In this document: positions 24,801-38,100 of the stretch, one piece after another | Layout of the letters: each line of letters begins with the position of its first letter | Position numbering within the stretch: position 1 is the stretch's first letter | Assembly: GCF_006345805.1 (NCBI RefSeq) | Contig: NC_043019.1 | Span: 3,782,001 to 3,846,000 of the forward strand | Origin: Octopus sinensis | Lineage: Eukaryota | Reading direction: 5' to 3' | Length of the DNA: 64,000 nt | The notes under the pieces: generated by a model | The model's input: only the letters and a program-made list of their open reading frames with translations | The model's database searches: none | Told to the model about the DNA's origin: nothing | Position numbers and translations under genes: made by a program

Positions 24801-25670
24801 CCACCACTGCCGCCGCCACCTTCATCATCACCGTTTGAAAATAAATCAGTTACTGATAAAACTCATATCTTTTATTATATAAGACACTTATTAAGCAGTT
24901 ATTGTTTGTTAATGTTTCAGTATATACCTATAAGTGTGTGTGTAAGTGTATTTGTGTGTGTGTAAGTGTATGTGTGTGTTATTGTGTCTAAATATGTGTC
25001 TTTGTGGTCACGTATGTTTGCGATATGTGTTACGTATGTGTGACACACCTTGTTTAAATTTCTGTATGCTAACTGTGAGCTGTGCGTTTCCCCATGGACA
25101 GAAAGAAATTCTCTATAAATCTTCCATACGCAGTCCAATTTCAAGATAGAATTGACTTTGATAGCGCTGGGGCCTTTCATTTCATCTGAGCTATTTCCAT
25201 TTTTATTGGGGGATTATGATAGATAATTTAAATAAAGTTTTATTTTTCCAACATCCACTTCATTTATTACAGAGTAACATGTTTGCATAAAATAACCGTT
25301 TAACTCGCGGAGATAGTTGCACTTATTTCTCTGAGAGAATATTTTTCTCCTCAAAATGTCATTCAGCGACATTTTCTGATTTAAATTTGCTGCAGAAAAA
25401 GAAACGGAATATATTCCGGCGACACAGTGTGAGATGCTTTTGAATTTATTAATGGCTTGTGGCAGAAAGGCCGTTAACGCTTAACGATGGCTTGGTATTT
25501 TATTCCTTGGTTTCATTTGTTATTCTTCCACATGCTGTTGTACTGGTTTTGTAAGCACAGATGTGACTGTGTAGGTGGTAATTTCATGTCCCTGCCATGT
25601 GGTTTTGGGTTCTATCCCACTGCGTAAAAGCTGGGGCAAGAATCTTCTATTGTAGCTCTAGGCTGATGTA

Positions 25671-25699
<29 letters not shown>

Positions 25700-25702
<3 letters not shown>

Positions 25703-25905
25703 CTTTATTTAAAGCAGCAGAAAATTCAACAAAACCTGTTACTCTGAGTTTCCTGTTGCCGTTCGTCAGACAGCTTTTGCTAGAATCTCAGAGTAACAGG
25801 TTTTGTTGAATTTTCTGCTGCTTTAAATAAAGCATATTACTCTACCACTGGTATTTGAGTACACTTTTTTCCACCTTGTTTCACATTTATGTGTTTACTC
25901 CGGTA
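25700..25905. mobile_element. Penelope-like terminal sequence with a 46-bp perfect inverted repeat
   Basis: 25703-25748 pairs with 25787-25832; same family as 35478-35627. Confidence 0.6.
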
Positions 25906-25974
25906 TATATATATATATGTATAAAAAAATCGAAATCGATCAACATCAATGGAAATTGTAGCTGTGATAACAGT

Positions 25975-26345
25975 GCCGGTGGTACATAAAGGAACCATCC
26001 GAACGTGGCCGTTGCCAGTGCCGCCCCGATTGGCTTCGTGCCAGTGGCATGTAAAAAGCACCATCTGATCGTGGCTGTTGCCAGCCTCGCCTGGCCCCCA
26101 TGCTGGTGGCACATAAAAAGCACCATCCAATCGTGGCCGTTTGCCAGCCTCATCTGGCACCTGTGCCGGTGGCACGTAAAAGCACCCACTACACTCACGG
26201 AGTGGTTGGCGTTAGGAAGGACATCCAGCCGTAGAAGCTTTGCCAGATCAGACTGGGCCTGGTGCAGCCTTCTAGCTTCCCAGACCCCAGTTGAACCATC
26301 CAACTCATGCTAGCACGGAAAGGAGTCGCTAAATGATGATGATGA
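25975..26345 (+). mobile_element. SINE-C
   Basis: Family match, three internal repeats. Confidence 0.85.
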
Positions 26346-27257
26346 TATATTATATATATATATAATATTATATATAATATATAGTATTAATTTATAAAAA
26401 GTATTAATTTATAAAATTTATAAAAAGTATTAATTATAAATTTTTTATATAAATTAATACTTCAAAATACCGTAAATGGTCCTTTTACATACCGAATCTG
26501 CTTGGTCGAATTGATTAACAATTAATTAATTCTACCCTTTTTTACTGACAATATATATATATATATATATAATATATATATATATTATATTATATTAGCA
26601 GTAAAATTCTTTCAAATCGCACTTGAACATCTTAACAAACAAAAAACGAAGAAAAAAACAAAGAACGGAAGTACATATTGGACAAACATGGCCATATCAT
26701 AGCTGGAATAGCTTTGAACATAAGGCCTCTGGATGGATCAAATTTGACCCCGGGTTAAACCGTGACAGCGAAACAATCCCCATCACTGCTGCCCAAACCA
26801 ACTGAAAGAAGATTAGAAACGAGAGGCTGGAATATGTCAGCAGTGTTTTCGCTTTCACAACAGATTAAGCAAATATTTTGACCTAGATTATATTGTTATG
26901 GGTGGGTAGGGGTGGGGGTTTATTTTGGGATAAATCACTAGCTGTTGCAGGGAGAGGATGGGGTGGGGTGGATTCAGTGCAGATCTACTTAGGACTTTTT
27001 TTCCCTTTTTTATTTATTTATTTTTTTTTGCGCCCTTTTCAAGCCTAGCCAAGCTCATGGGTCCCGGGGGGTTTCCCCGTTTTTTTTCTTTGGCGTATGT
27101 GTTCCCAACCCCCTCCAGCTGGACATGACGCCAGTCCATCGCAGCGTTACCCAAGAAACCGGAATGGAAGAAAGAGTGAGAGGAGGGCGAAACAGTACAA
27201 CAGGGGTCGCCACTCCCCACCCTCTGCCGGACCTTCGTGGAGTTTTACGTGTTCCCT

Positions 27258-28160
27258 TTATGTTTAGCCCCTTGTGGGTAGTAAAGAAATAGGTATTTCG
27301 TCTGCCGTTATGTTCTGAGTTCAAACTCCGCCAAGGTCGACTTTGCCTTTCATCCTTTCGGGGTCGATTAAATAAGTACCAGTTACGGACTGGGGTCGAT
27401 GTAATCGACTTAATCTGTTTGTCTGTGCTTGTTTGTCCTCTCTATGTTTAGCCCCTTGTGGGTAGTAAAGAAATAGGCATTTTGTTTGTCGTTACATTCT
27501 GAGTTCAAACTCTGCCGAGGTCGACTTTGCCTTTCATCCTTTCGGGGTCGATAAATTAAGTACCAGTTGCGTACTAATATCGATCCAATCGACTGGACCC
27601 CTCTCCGAACATTTCGAGCCTTGTACCTAGAGTAGAAAAGGATATTTCGTCCAACTTCCTATTCTAAGTTCAAATTCTGCCATGGTTGACTTTGCCTTTC
27701 ATCCTTTCGGGGTCGATAAATTAAGTATCAGTTACGCACTGAGGTCGATATAATCGACTTAATCCGTTTGTCTGTCCTTGTTTAGCCCCTTGTGTGTAGT
27801 AAAAGAAATAGGTATTTCGTCTGCCGTTACGTTCTGAGTTCAAATTACGCCCATGTCAACTTTACCTCTCATCCTTTCGGGGTTGATAAGTTAAGTACCA
27901 GTTACGCACTGGGGTCGATATAATCGACTTAATCCCTTTGTCTGTCCTTGTTTGTCCCTTCTGTGTTGTAAAAGAAATAGGTATTTCGTCTGCCATTACG
28001 TTCTGAGTTCAAACTCCGCCGAGGTCGACTTTTCTTTTCATCCTTTCGGGGTTGATTAATTAAGTACCAGTTACGCACTGGGGTCGATGTAATCGACTTA
28101 ATCCCTTTGTCTGTCCTTGTTTGTCCCTTCTGTGTGTAGCCCCTTGTGGGCAATAAAGAA
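27258..28160 (+). repeat. Headless SINE-B body array (about 5 units, one with a variant tail)
   Basis: Repeated ATTTCGTCTGCC..GAAATAGGT units. Confidence 0.85.
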
Positions 28161-28409
28161 ATAAGTAATAAGATTGAAACTAGGACCATATGATTGGGAA
28201 GCAAGATTCTCAACCACTGGGCCACACCTATGCCTACATGCAATATATTCTTATTAAATGGTTTGCTCATGTCATATCAAGCTTTTAATTGTTGTTTTCC
28301 TACAAGAGAGATATCATTCAAGATAAGACTCATACTGAAGTGTCTGTCAACAATCTATTTACTCCTGTCGAGATTGTTACTTACTGTGTGAGTGTAATTT
28401 ATTCTCATA

Positions 28410-28806
28410 CTCTCTTTTTGCTCTTTGACTTGTTTCAGTCATTTGACTGTGGCCATGCTGGAGCACCGCCCTTTAGTTGAGCAAATCGACCCTGGGACTT
28501 ATTCTTTTGTAAGCCCAGTACTTATTCTATCAGTCTCTTTTGCCGAACCGCTAAGTAACGGGGACGTAAACACACCAGCATCGGTTGTCAAGCGATGTTG
28601 GTGGGACAAACACAGACACACAAACACACACATATACATATATACGACGAGCTTCTTTTCAGTTTCCGTCTACCAAATCCACTCACAAGGCTTTGGTTGG
28701 CCCAAGGCTATAGTAGAAGACACTTGCCCAAGGTGCCACGCAGTGGGACTGAACCCGGAACCATGTGGTTCGTAAGCAAGCAATTTACCACACAGCCACT
28801 CCTGCA
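28410..28806 (-). mobile_element. SINE-A
   Basis: Family match. Confidence 0.9.
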
Positions 28807-28816
28807 CTTATATATG

Positions 28817-30690
28817 ACTAGCAGTATCGCCCGGCGTTGCTCGGGTTTGTAAGGGAAATAACTATATAAGCATTTTTAGAGAGTTATAGCCAAAAAATAG
28901 CAAAAAATGCATTAAAAATGGAAAAAATATGATGGTAAATTTTTTTTTAAATCGTTGACTCATCGTAGACATTTTTAGAGAGTTACTTCCCTTATATAAT
29001 GGCGAAAAAATGCATTAAAATGGAAAAAAAACGATGGTAAATTTTTTTTTAAATCGTAGACTCATGTAGACGCTTTCTTAGCCATTTCTGTTTTGGTGTC
29101 TTCAAGCCATGAAGTCGTTGTTCTAAAAGAACGCTGGTCTCCTTGACAACGCATTACGACGTTGATTTCCTAACACTCCATTCCCCACAGGTGCAGGTGT
29201 GAGCGTGGACGCCAACTCCACCACCATCGACACACGAAAAATTATGCATTAAAATGGAATAAAAAATGATGTTAAATTATTTTTAAAATCGTAGACTCAT
29301 CGTAGACGCGCGCCTAATATTCAGACGGGCTCGATATGAATCACGACTATAAGCTACCCGAATTTGGTTAAACTGTACCGCAAAATGTGGGAGTAGTTAG
29401 GAATCTAAATCGAAGGGGACAGACACTCACACAACTACAGTTTTATATATATAGATATACATAGCGCAGTAGTGGTGAGATATGACAGCAAAGAAAAGCA
29501 TACATTCACTCTCTGCATGCAATTAGACTCGGAAAGTTCGTGAGGAACCCATTGACCCAATTTGCTGACTTTTCCGATAGCACACAGGTGTCAATGAATG
29601 GTTGAATGACCAAATCCAAGCTTCTCTGCTAGTTCCTCAACAGTTACGATGATATTACCAGGGTTTTCAGGATGTCCTTGTCGAGTTCTACAGATCTTTC
29701 AGGATGAGGCTCGTCTTCTAGGCTGTAGTTTATGGCTCGGGATTTCTGGAACCACATTGACACTGCCTTACGCTTATTGTCCAATCCCAATATACTGCAT
29801 TAATATTTCTTGTACTTTGCACACATTTATATTCTGTTATTCTTTTATATGTTTCAGCCTTGAGGTTGTGGCCATGCTGGATCATGTGTGGTGTGTGTGT
29901 GTGTGTGTGTGTGTTATCTGTTGTCTGTCTGTATGTATATATGTATATGTATGTGTGTGAACAATAATATTTTCAACAGATGTGTTGCAAATGTATCTGA
30001 TTGTTCTCAAGCTTCAATACTGTGTGTGTGTATGTGTGTGTGTGTATGTATGTATGTATATGTATGTATGTATGTATATGTATGTATGTATGTGTGTATG
30101 TAGTATGTGTGTGTGTATGTATGTGTGTGTGTATGTGTGTGTGTGTATGTATGTATGTATATGTATGTATGTATGTATGTATGTATATGTATGTATGTGT
30201 GTGTATGTATGTGTGTGTGTATGTGTGTGTATGTATGTATGTATGTATGTATGTATGTATGTATGAGTGTATGTTTACTTTATTACTAATTACTCTCTTC
30301 CAAGAACATTTTCACTCACTCTTAGCTCTTAGCTTCCCATACATTTTACTCATGTATCTATCAGCGTCATAGACAGAATACTTTCACTTTAGTCTTCCTC
30401 AAATCACTCTGTCCGCTATTTACTTTCATTTTATTCGTTGCCCACTGTGTGTGTGCGTTTGCGTGTGGTGTAAACCAGACTAAGAAAAGCATTGACACAA
30501 CACCAGAATGTGAGTTTTCTGTAAATTTTGCTTAATTGGAGTTTAAATTTTAAAAACTGGACCTGGCATGACGCGATGCCTTGTACTCTCAAAAATGCTA
30601 GGTAAATTGTAATTGAAGAAATCCTATATTGTAGATTTCTATAACTCCCAAAGGGAGGCAGATAAAATATGCCTTTTATAATAAGAGATT
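28817..30690 (-). mobile_element. Composite Helitron, copy 1
   Basis: Reverse-complement homolog of 47372-49272; A|TCTCTTATTATAAAAGG at the 5' end and hairpin+CTAG|T at the 3' end. Confidence 0.7.
29462..29822 (-). pseudogene. mariner (DD34D-type) transposase N-terminal fragment
   Basis: STRNINAVY..ISVRQCQ-WFQK..NYSLEDEP..ELAEKLGFGHSTIH*HLCAIGKVSKLGQWVPHEL; WVPHEL is the mariner signature. Confidence 0.9.
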
Positions 30691-30712
30691 TATCATATAT
30701 AATTTATCTTAG

Positions 30713-30970
30713 AGTGGAGGCACGTGGCTTAGTAGTTAGGGTGTCAGCATCATGATCGTAAGATTGTGGTTTCAATTCCTGGACCGGGCGACCCGTTGTG
30801 TTCTTGAGCAAAACACTTCATTTCATGTTGCTCCAGTCCACTCAGGTGGCAAAAATGAGTAACACTGCGATGGACTGGCGTCCCTTCCAGCCGGAGAATA
30901 TATATGCCATAGAAACCGGGAAACTGGGCCCATGAACCTGGCTATGCTTTTAAAGGGCGCATTTATTTTT
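30713..30970 (+). mobile_element. SINE-G (tRNA-derived)
   Basis: GTGGAGGCACGTGGCTTAGTAGTTAGG head; its 3' half also occurs reversed at 27020-27150. Confidence 0.7.
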
Positions 30971-31284
30971 TTTATTAATTTAACTAAGAAAGCAACCTTA
31001 CATGTCAGTTGACGATTAAATTATAAAAACGGGTACTGACCCCATCATCATCATCATCATCATTTACTGTCCACTCTTCCATGTTTGCATGATTCAAATG
31101 GAATTTGTTTGGGCAGATCTTCTGTGGCCGGATGTGCTTCCTGTTGCCAGCTCTTACTTGTTTCTATGCAAGATAATATTTCTCATAACCAGACATGTTA
31201 TCACAGAACACTTGAAATGACAGCATTTAGCTTTTGACAGTCAAGGGTTACAGATAAACAAAAGGACTGCTTTTATGAGGCTGT

Positions 31285-31560
31285 TTATATTCCAGAACTC
31301 CCTAGGATCTTAAAAACCTCTTCATACATCTCCCCATATTCATGACTTTGAAGTGTGCCCTTGCCATTCGTTTCAAAGGTGGTCTGCAGTAGGACTTCAC
31401 TCATAAAAGCAATCCTTTTGTTCACCTGCCAGGCTTGACTGTGATGCATATGGAAAGCTAAATTTTGCAATGAATGGCATTGTCAGACTTGAAAGTGAAA
31501 GTCATGGATCTGATGTAAGGTATGAGGAGGTTTTAAGACCCTTGAAGTTCTGGAACACAA
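31285..31560. mobile_element. Old foldback MITE
   Basis: Imperfect ~65-bp inverted arms (TTCCAGAACT..CTTAAAA.CCTC.TCATAC). Confidence 0.55.
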
Positions 31561-31647
31561 ATGGTCAGGCCATTTACTATAGTAACTCGATGATCATGTG
31601 CAATCATTATGTAATATCAAGATAAGGGTACACACACACACAGGTAC

Positions 31648-32620
31648 ATCATCATCATCATCATCGTTTAACATCTGTTTTCTGTGCTAGCATGGGTTGG
31701 GTAGTTTGTCCAGGGTCTGGGAAGCCTGGAGGCTGCACCAGGCTCCAGTCTGATCTGGCAGTGTTTCTACATCTGGATGCCTTTCCTGACGCCAACCACT
31801 CTGAGAGTGTAGTGGGTGCTTTTTACATGCTACCAGCACAGGTGCCAGGGGAGGCTGGCAATGGCCACGATCGGTTGATGCTTATAAAGGGTATTCCTTT
31901 ACTTGTTTTAGTCATTTGACTGTGGCCGTACTGGAGCACTGCCTTGAAGAGTTTTAGTTGAACAAACCCAGGATTTTTTTTTAAGCCTAATACTAATCTC
32001 AGTGGTCTCTTCTGCTGAACTGCTTTAGTTACAGGGACATAAACACATCGACACCGGTTGTCAAGCAGTGATGGGAGGACAAACAAAGACACACACACAA
32101 ACACATAGATATACATGAACACACACACACACACACACACACATGTGGAGGCACATGGCCTAGTGGTTAGAGCAGCGGACTTGCGGTCGAGGGATCGCGG
32201 GTTCGAATCTCAGACTGGGCGATTTGTGTATTTGTGAGCGAAACACCTAAGCTCCACGCGGCTCCGGCAAAAGGTAATGGTGAAACTTCTGCTGACTCTT
32301 CCACCACAACTTTCTCTCACTCTTTCTTACTGCATCTTGCAGCTCACCTGCGACGGACCGGTGTCCAGTCAAGGTGGGGAACCTATATGCCAAGGAAACC
32401 GGGAAACCAGCCCTTATGAGCCAGGCGTGGCTTGAGAAGGAACAAACAAACAAACACACACACATATGACAGGCTTCTTTCAGTTTCCATCTACCAAATC
32501 CACTCACCAGCCTTTGGTCAGCCTGAGGCTATAGTAGAAGGCACTTGCTTGAGGTGTCACGCAGTGGGACTGAGCCTGGAACCATGTGGTTGGAAAGCTA
32601 GCTTCTTTACCACACCACCA
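31648..32620 (-). mobile_element. SINE-C fragment, then SINE-A with a SINE-D-like element (32145-32460, +) nested in its microsatellite
   Basis: Family matches. Confidence 0.8.
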
Positions 32621-32742
32621 CACCTGTATTCAGTCTAGCTTTGACAGTTTGCACAAAAGAAAACAAACACAATATTCCATCCAAAAACAAAAGGATTAAA
32701 AAATTTCTTTTTAATATCAACCAGTTTATGGCAGGAAGATAA

Positions 32743-32908
32743 CAGTTTACTCAGAGTAGCCACCTTCAGCTTCCTCCACGGCCTCAAGACAGCTCTGGAA
32801 CCTGGCACATGCATTCCTCAGTGTCCCTGGGAGGATCTTCAAACTTTGATCTTAGCCACCAGCTCAGCCTTAGTGTTGTGGGCAGAGCAGTTGGTGTCTT
32901 CCCTTAGA
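32743..32908 (-). pseudogene. Tc1/mariner (maT/DD37D-like) transposase C-terminal fragment
   Basis: GYLREDTNCSAHNTKAELVAKIK..RNACARFQSCLEAVEEAEGGYSE*. Confidence 0.75.
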
Positions 32909-34246
32909 TACCCTAATTTAAAATTTTAATAATAATTATTACCGTTGAAGGTTTTTATTTCCATGCTGGCCCCTTGATAAGATCGTTATTTAATTTAAAT
33001 TAGCGATTTTGTCCTTATTTATATAAATGCATATATATATATATATATAACCATTCCTTTTTTTTCTCTCCCTTTCTCTTACTCCTCCTCCCTCCCGTCG
33101 CGGACACGTAATGAGAAGGCTACTACTGTCTTTCCTCTCCTGGCTACCTCCAAGTAGAGACGGCAAATCTGTTGCTCCCTCACCGTTCTCAAAAAATAGT
33201 GTTCGTAAAAAATTTTATCTCGTTCGGCTTAACAGCCCTTCTTGTTTGTGTTACTGTTATTCTCCTTGTCCTGTCTTTTACTGTTTATATTTTATACTGT
33301 CTTTACTGTCCTGTTTTTGTTACCATTTTTACCCCTCCGCAAAAAAAATCTCAAATTTTATTTAATTTGATTTTTGCGGGAAGGAAAGTTTCATTAAAGT
33401 CATGTATTGCCTTCACCTTCGAAACGTGGAGTAGATGAAACCATGGCGACTGAAGAAGGGGAATTTTCCTTGCTTTGTATGTCCTGTACTCTATTTTTTC
33501 ATTGTTTAAGAAAAATGTCCATTTCCTTGGTTTTGTGTTTATGTTTTCGTTTCTCATTGTGTTCGACGTTTTTTTTTGGTGTTCTGTACCCATATATACA
33601 TGTATATATACATGTAGAGGTAGGTACATACATATATGTATGTATATATGCATATGTTTTATTTATTTATTAATTTATATATATATATATATTTGTGTGT
33701 GTGTATGTATATAGATACACAAGTCTGTAGATGTATCTGTTTATCTTTCAATCTCAGTCACTCTTTCCTTCTCTCTTTCTGTCGTTTGGCCATGCCCTTC
33801 TATCTATTTCATACTCTACTGTCTGATGACATAACCGATTCTAAATCTGTTCTTTTTTTGTGGTTCAGACAATTACCATTTCTCTTTACAAAACCCAGGC
33901 AGCAGTTAATTGGGGTCCTGAAGCTATTCAGCTGATGTCATTCGCCAGATTATTGCACCAGCAAATTCTGGAAACCAAGTCTTCAATGACACAACAGTGT
34001 TTTTCACTTTATTAACAAATAGCCTGGAGAGATGTTGATTCCAAGAGGTCGTCTTACTTTCACTTCTCTGCATGGGAAATAGATGTCTGTGACTGGTGAA
34101 GAACCTTTAGTTTGCAAACCACATGGCTTTCAGTTCAGTCCCACTGCACAGGCTATCTTCTACTACAGCTCTGGGCCAATCAATGCATTTTGAGTGAATT
34201 TGGTTGACAGAAATGATCTACACATCTCTCTCTCTCTCTCATACAT

Positions 34247-34279
<33 letters not shown>

Positions 34280-34281
<2 letters not shown>

Positions 34282-34444
34282 GGCATAGGAGTGGTTGTGT
34301 GGTAAGTAGCCTGCTTGCCAACCACATGGTTCCAGGTTCAGTCCCACTGCGTGGTACCTTGGGCAGAGTCTTCTTCTATAGCCTCATGCCAACCAAAGCC
34401 TTGTGAGTGGATTGGAAGACGGAAACAGGAAGAAGCTCATGGTA

Positions 34445-34522
<78 letters not shown>

Positions 34523-34692
34523 TTGTGTGTCTGTGTTTGTCCCCCTAGCATCGCTTGACAACCAATGCTGGTGTGTTTACCGATAGAATAAGTACTAGGC
34601 TTACAAAGAATAAGTCCTGGGGTCGATTTGCTCAACTAAAGGTGGTGCTCCAGAATGGCCACAGTCACATGACTGAAACAAGTAAAAGAGTG
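34280..34692 (+). mobile_element. SINE-A with an internal deletion
   Basis: Family match. Confidence 0.85.
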
Positions 34693-34847
34693 TATATATA
34701 TATATATATTTATTTATTTATTTATAGACACAATGAGGATATTCAAACCTCTTATAGGGATATATATCCAAGATACACTGGATTAATATATAAAATTTTG
34801 AATAGAAAATCATTCAATAAATATATCAAATAGAACATCCTAAGATA

Positions 34848-35258
34848 TCAGACATTTTTATTTAGTGAAAAAAACAGAGAGATCTAATGGACACAAATTA
34901 ATTTATTAATTAATCAACATATCAACCGACAATTGTTTCATTTCTCAAATAAGATTAAAATTAAAAAGCATATATAGAAATATGCTTTCGCATTTTAAAT
35001 ACCTTATAAAGGAAATCATCAGGGTTTTTCAGAGGACAATAAGGGTTACATTAGGATACTTTTGGAATGTACAGAATATATTCTGATGATTTTTCCTTAT
35101 GAGGTGTTTAAAATACGAAAGTATATTTTTATATATGCTTTATAATTTTAATGTTATTTGAGATTTGAAATGATTGTTGGTTAATATGTTGATTAATTAA
35201 TAAATTAATTTGTGTCCATTAGATAACTTTGTTTTCTAATTCATTAAAAAATGTCTGA
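34848..35258. repeat. ~410-bp imperfect foldback
   Basis: 40-bp perfect arms at 34883-34922 and 35184-35223; imperfect pairing continues inwards and outwards. Confidence 0.85.
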
Positions 35259-35296
35259 TTTTTAAAAATATTCTGTATAATATATATATATATATA

Positions 35297-35342
<46 letters not shown>

Positions 35343-35407
35343 CGCAGGCATGGCTGTGTGAATTTGGTTAACAGAAATGCTATGCAAGCTTGTTGTATGT
35401 CTCTCTC

Positions 35408-35465
<58 letters not shown>

Positions 35466-35680
35466 GTATATATATGTAGCAAAAACTGTCTGATGAACGG
35501 CAACGAGAAACTCAGAGTAACAGATTTTGTTGAATTTTCTGCTGCTTAAAATAAAGCATATTACTCTACCACTGGTATTTGAGTACTCTTTTTTCCACCT
35601 TGTTTCACATTTATGTGTTTACTCCGGTATATATATGTATATATATATATATATATATGTGTATATATATATATATATAT

Positions 35681-35876
35681 AACAATTGCAATGTGGAAGG
35701 TATTTATAAGCCATTTAAGAAACACAAAAACCACACGGAATTTTGTCAGTGAACAGGTCGTGGTCTCAAAGCAACAAAAATATTTTGACAAATTAAATTT
35801 AAATGTTGAAGTGAATCTAACGGTTTTTGTGTGTTTCTTAAATGGCTTATAAAAACCTTCCACGCTGCAATTGTTT
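35681..35876. repeat. Foldback with ~52-bp imperfect arms
   Basis: AACAATTGCAATGTGGAAGG..AGAAACACAAAAACC and its reverse complement. Confidence 0.8.
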
Positions 35877-37039
35877 TCGTTCCAGCACACAATCTCAGAT
35901 CAGGTCACTTGCTATGCAAGTACATCTCTGTAGCCGGTGGCACGTAAAAAGCACCATCCGATCGTGGCCGTTTGCCAGCCTCGTCTGGCGTTAGGAAGGG
36001 CATCCAGCTGTAGAAACATTGCCAGATCAGACTGGAGTCTGGTGCAGCCTTCTGGCTTCCCAGACCCCAGTTGAACTGTCCAACCCATGCTAGCATTAAG
36101 ACTTTAAACATTATTTTACTGGGTTTAGTCTTTCGACTGTCGCCATGATAAGGTATCACCTTCAAAAGTTTAATTGATCATACTGACCTCAGTACGTATT
36201 TGAATTTGGCATTCATTTTATCGATCTCTGCTTGATGAACTGCTAACTTTGAGACACAGTGGGACACAATATTCGATTTAAAAACAAATGTAAACACACA
36301 CACATATTAGATACAAGATTGACCATCTGGTTGAGAAGCTTGCTTCCCAACCACATGGTTCCACATTCAGTGCCTCTGCATGATACCTTGGGCAAGTGTT
36401 TTCTACTATAGCCCTAGGCCAACCACAGACTTGTGACTAAATTTGCCTTTCATCTTTTTGAGGTTTATAAATTAAGTCCCAGTGATACACTGGGGTTGAT
36501 GTAATCAACTAGTCCCCTCCGCTAGACTTACTGGCCTTGTCTCAAAATTTGAAATCATTATTATCATTGTCAGCTACAATAACTTCAGTGCGTGAATGGC
36601 CAAGTGGATTGGGTATTGACTTTTGATCACAGGTTGAACTTGACCTCAAGTCACTCTTACCACCACCAAATCTGTTATTTAATTCTACCAATCGGTTCCA
36701 CATTCAGTCCATCTGCATGGTACCTTGGGCAACTGTTTTCTACTATAGCCCTAGGCCAACCACAGACTTGTGACTAAATATGGTAGAAGGAAACTGCAAT
36801 GTTGTTCATCAGAAAATGACCGAAAAACATGTTTATGAAGAAGAGTTGTCAATTCTGCTCGTGTGCCAATTCTGCTCATAAGTATAGAACAAATAATACA
36901 ATGTGGCTATAGGTCATAACACCCTGGCAACGCCGGGGTGCATAAATAGTGTTAAATAAAGCAGGATCTGTTGAAGAAATGAAATTGCATTGCAGTGAAT
37001 TTACGTGTTATGACCTGCAGTTGTGTAGGGGGCGTATAC

Positions 37040-38100
37040 CGGTTTCTTTACTACCCACAAGGGGCTAAACATAGAGGGGACAGACAAGGACAGACAAAGG
37101 GATTAAGTCGATTATATCAACCCCAGTCCGTAACTGGTACTCAATTTATCGACCCCGAAAGGATGAAAGGCAAAGTCGACCTCAGCAGAATTTGAACTCA
37201 GAATGTAAACGCTTCGGCTTTTTACGCTCTAAGGTCATTTCTCACCAGAGCCAATTTTGTTTTTCATCGACAAGGACAGACAAACGAATTAAGTCAATTA
37301 CATTGACCCCAGTCCGTAACTGGTACTCAATTTAATCGACCCCGAAAGGATGAAAGGCAAAGTCGACCTCGGTGGAATTTGAAGTCAGAATGTAACGGCT
37401 TCGGCTCTTTACGCTCTGAGGTCATTTCTCACCAGAGCCAATTTTGTTTTTCATCGACAAGGACAGACAAATGGATTAAGTCGATTATATCAACCCCAGT
37501 GCATAACTGTACTCAATTTAATCGACCCCGAAAGGATGAAAGGCAAAGTCGACCTCGGTGGAATTTGAAGTCAGAATGTAACGGCTTCGGCTCTTTACGC
37601 TCTGAGGTCATTTCTCACCAGAGCCAATTTTGTTTTTCATCGACAAGGACAGACAAATGGATTAAGTCGATTATATCAACCCCAGTGCATAACTGGTACT
37701 CAATTTATTGACCCCGAAAGGATGAAAGGCAAAGTCGACCTCGGCAGAATTTGAACTCGGAACATAGCGGCAGATGAAATACGGCTATGCATTTCACCCT
37801 ATTTCGTCTGCCGTTACATTCTGAGTTCAAATTCCACCGTGGTCAACTTTGCCGTAGGGGGCGTATACCTATTTCTTTACTACCCACAAGGGGCTAAACA
37901 TAGAGAGGACAAACAAGGACAGACAAATGGATTAAGTCGATTATATCGACCCCAGTGCGTAACTGACACTTAATTTATCAACCCCGAAAGGATGAAAGGC
38001 AAAGTCGACCTCGGCGGAATTTGAATTCAGAACATAATGGCAGACAAAATACCGCTAAGCATTTCGCCCAGCGTGCTAACGTTTCTGCCAGCTCGCCGCC
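37040..38100 (-). repeat. SINE-B-derived array including three ~186-bp chimeric units
   Basis: GAATGTAA at 37201, 37388 and 37574. Confidence 0.85.

Noticed and set aside
24917-25180. Non-repetitive 87-aa minus-strand ORF
   Set aside because: No recognisable domain or convincing splice sites; it runs into a CA repeat
33432-33475. Possible first coding exon (aaccATGGCG..MATEEGEFSLL|gtatgt) of the PHD gene
   Set aside because: The phase-1 donor cannot join the phase-0 acceptor at 60021 directly, no homology recognised, and the context (CTTCGAAACGT, CTGAAGAAGG, T-rich tail into TA repeat) resembles Penelope-like ends
33895-34020. Possible plus-strand exon AAVNWGPEAIQLMSF..
   Set aside because: Weak acceptor, no donor before the stop, and no homology recognised
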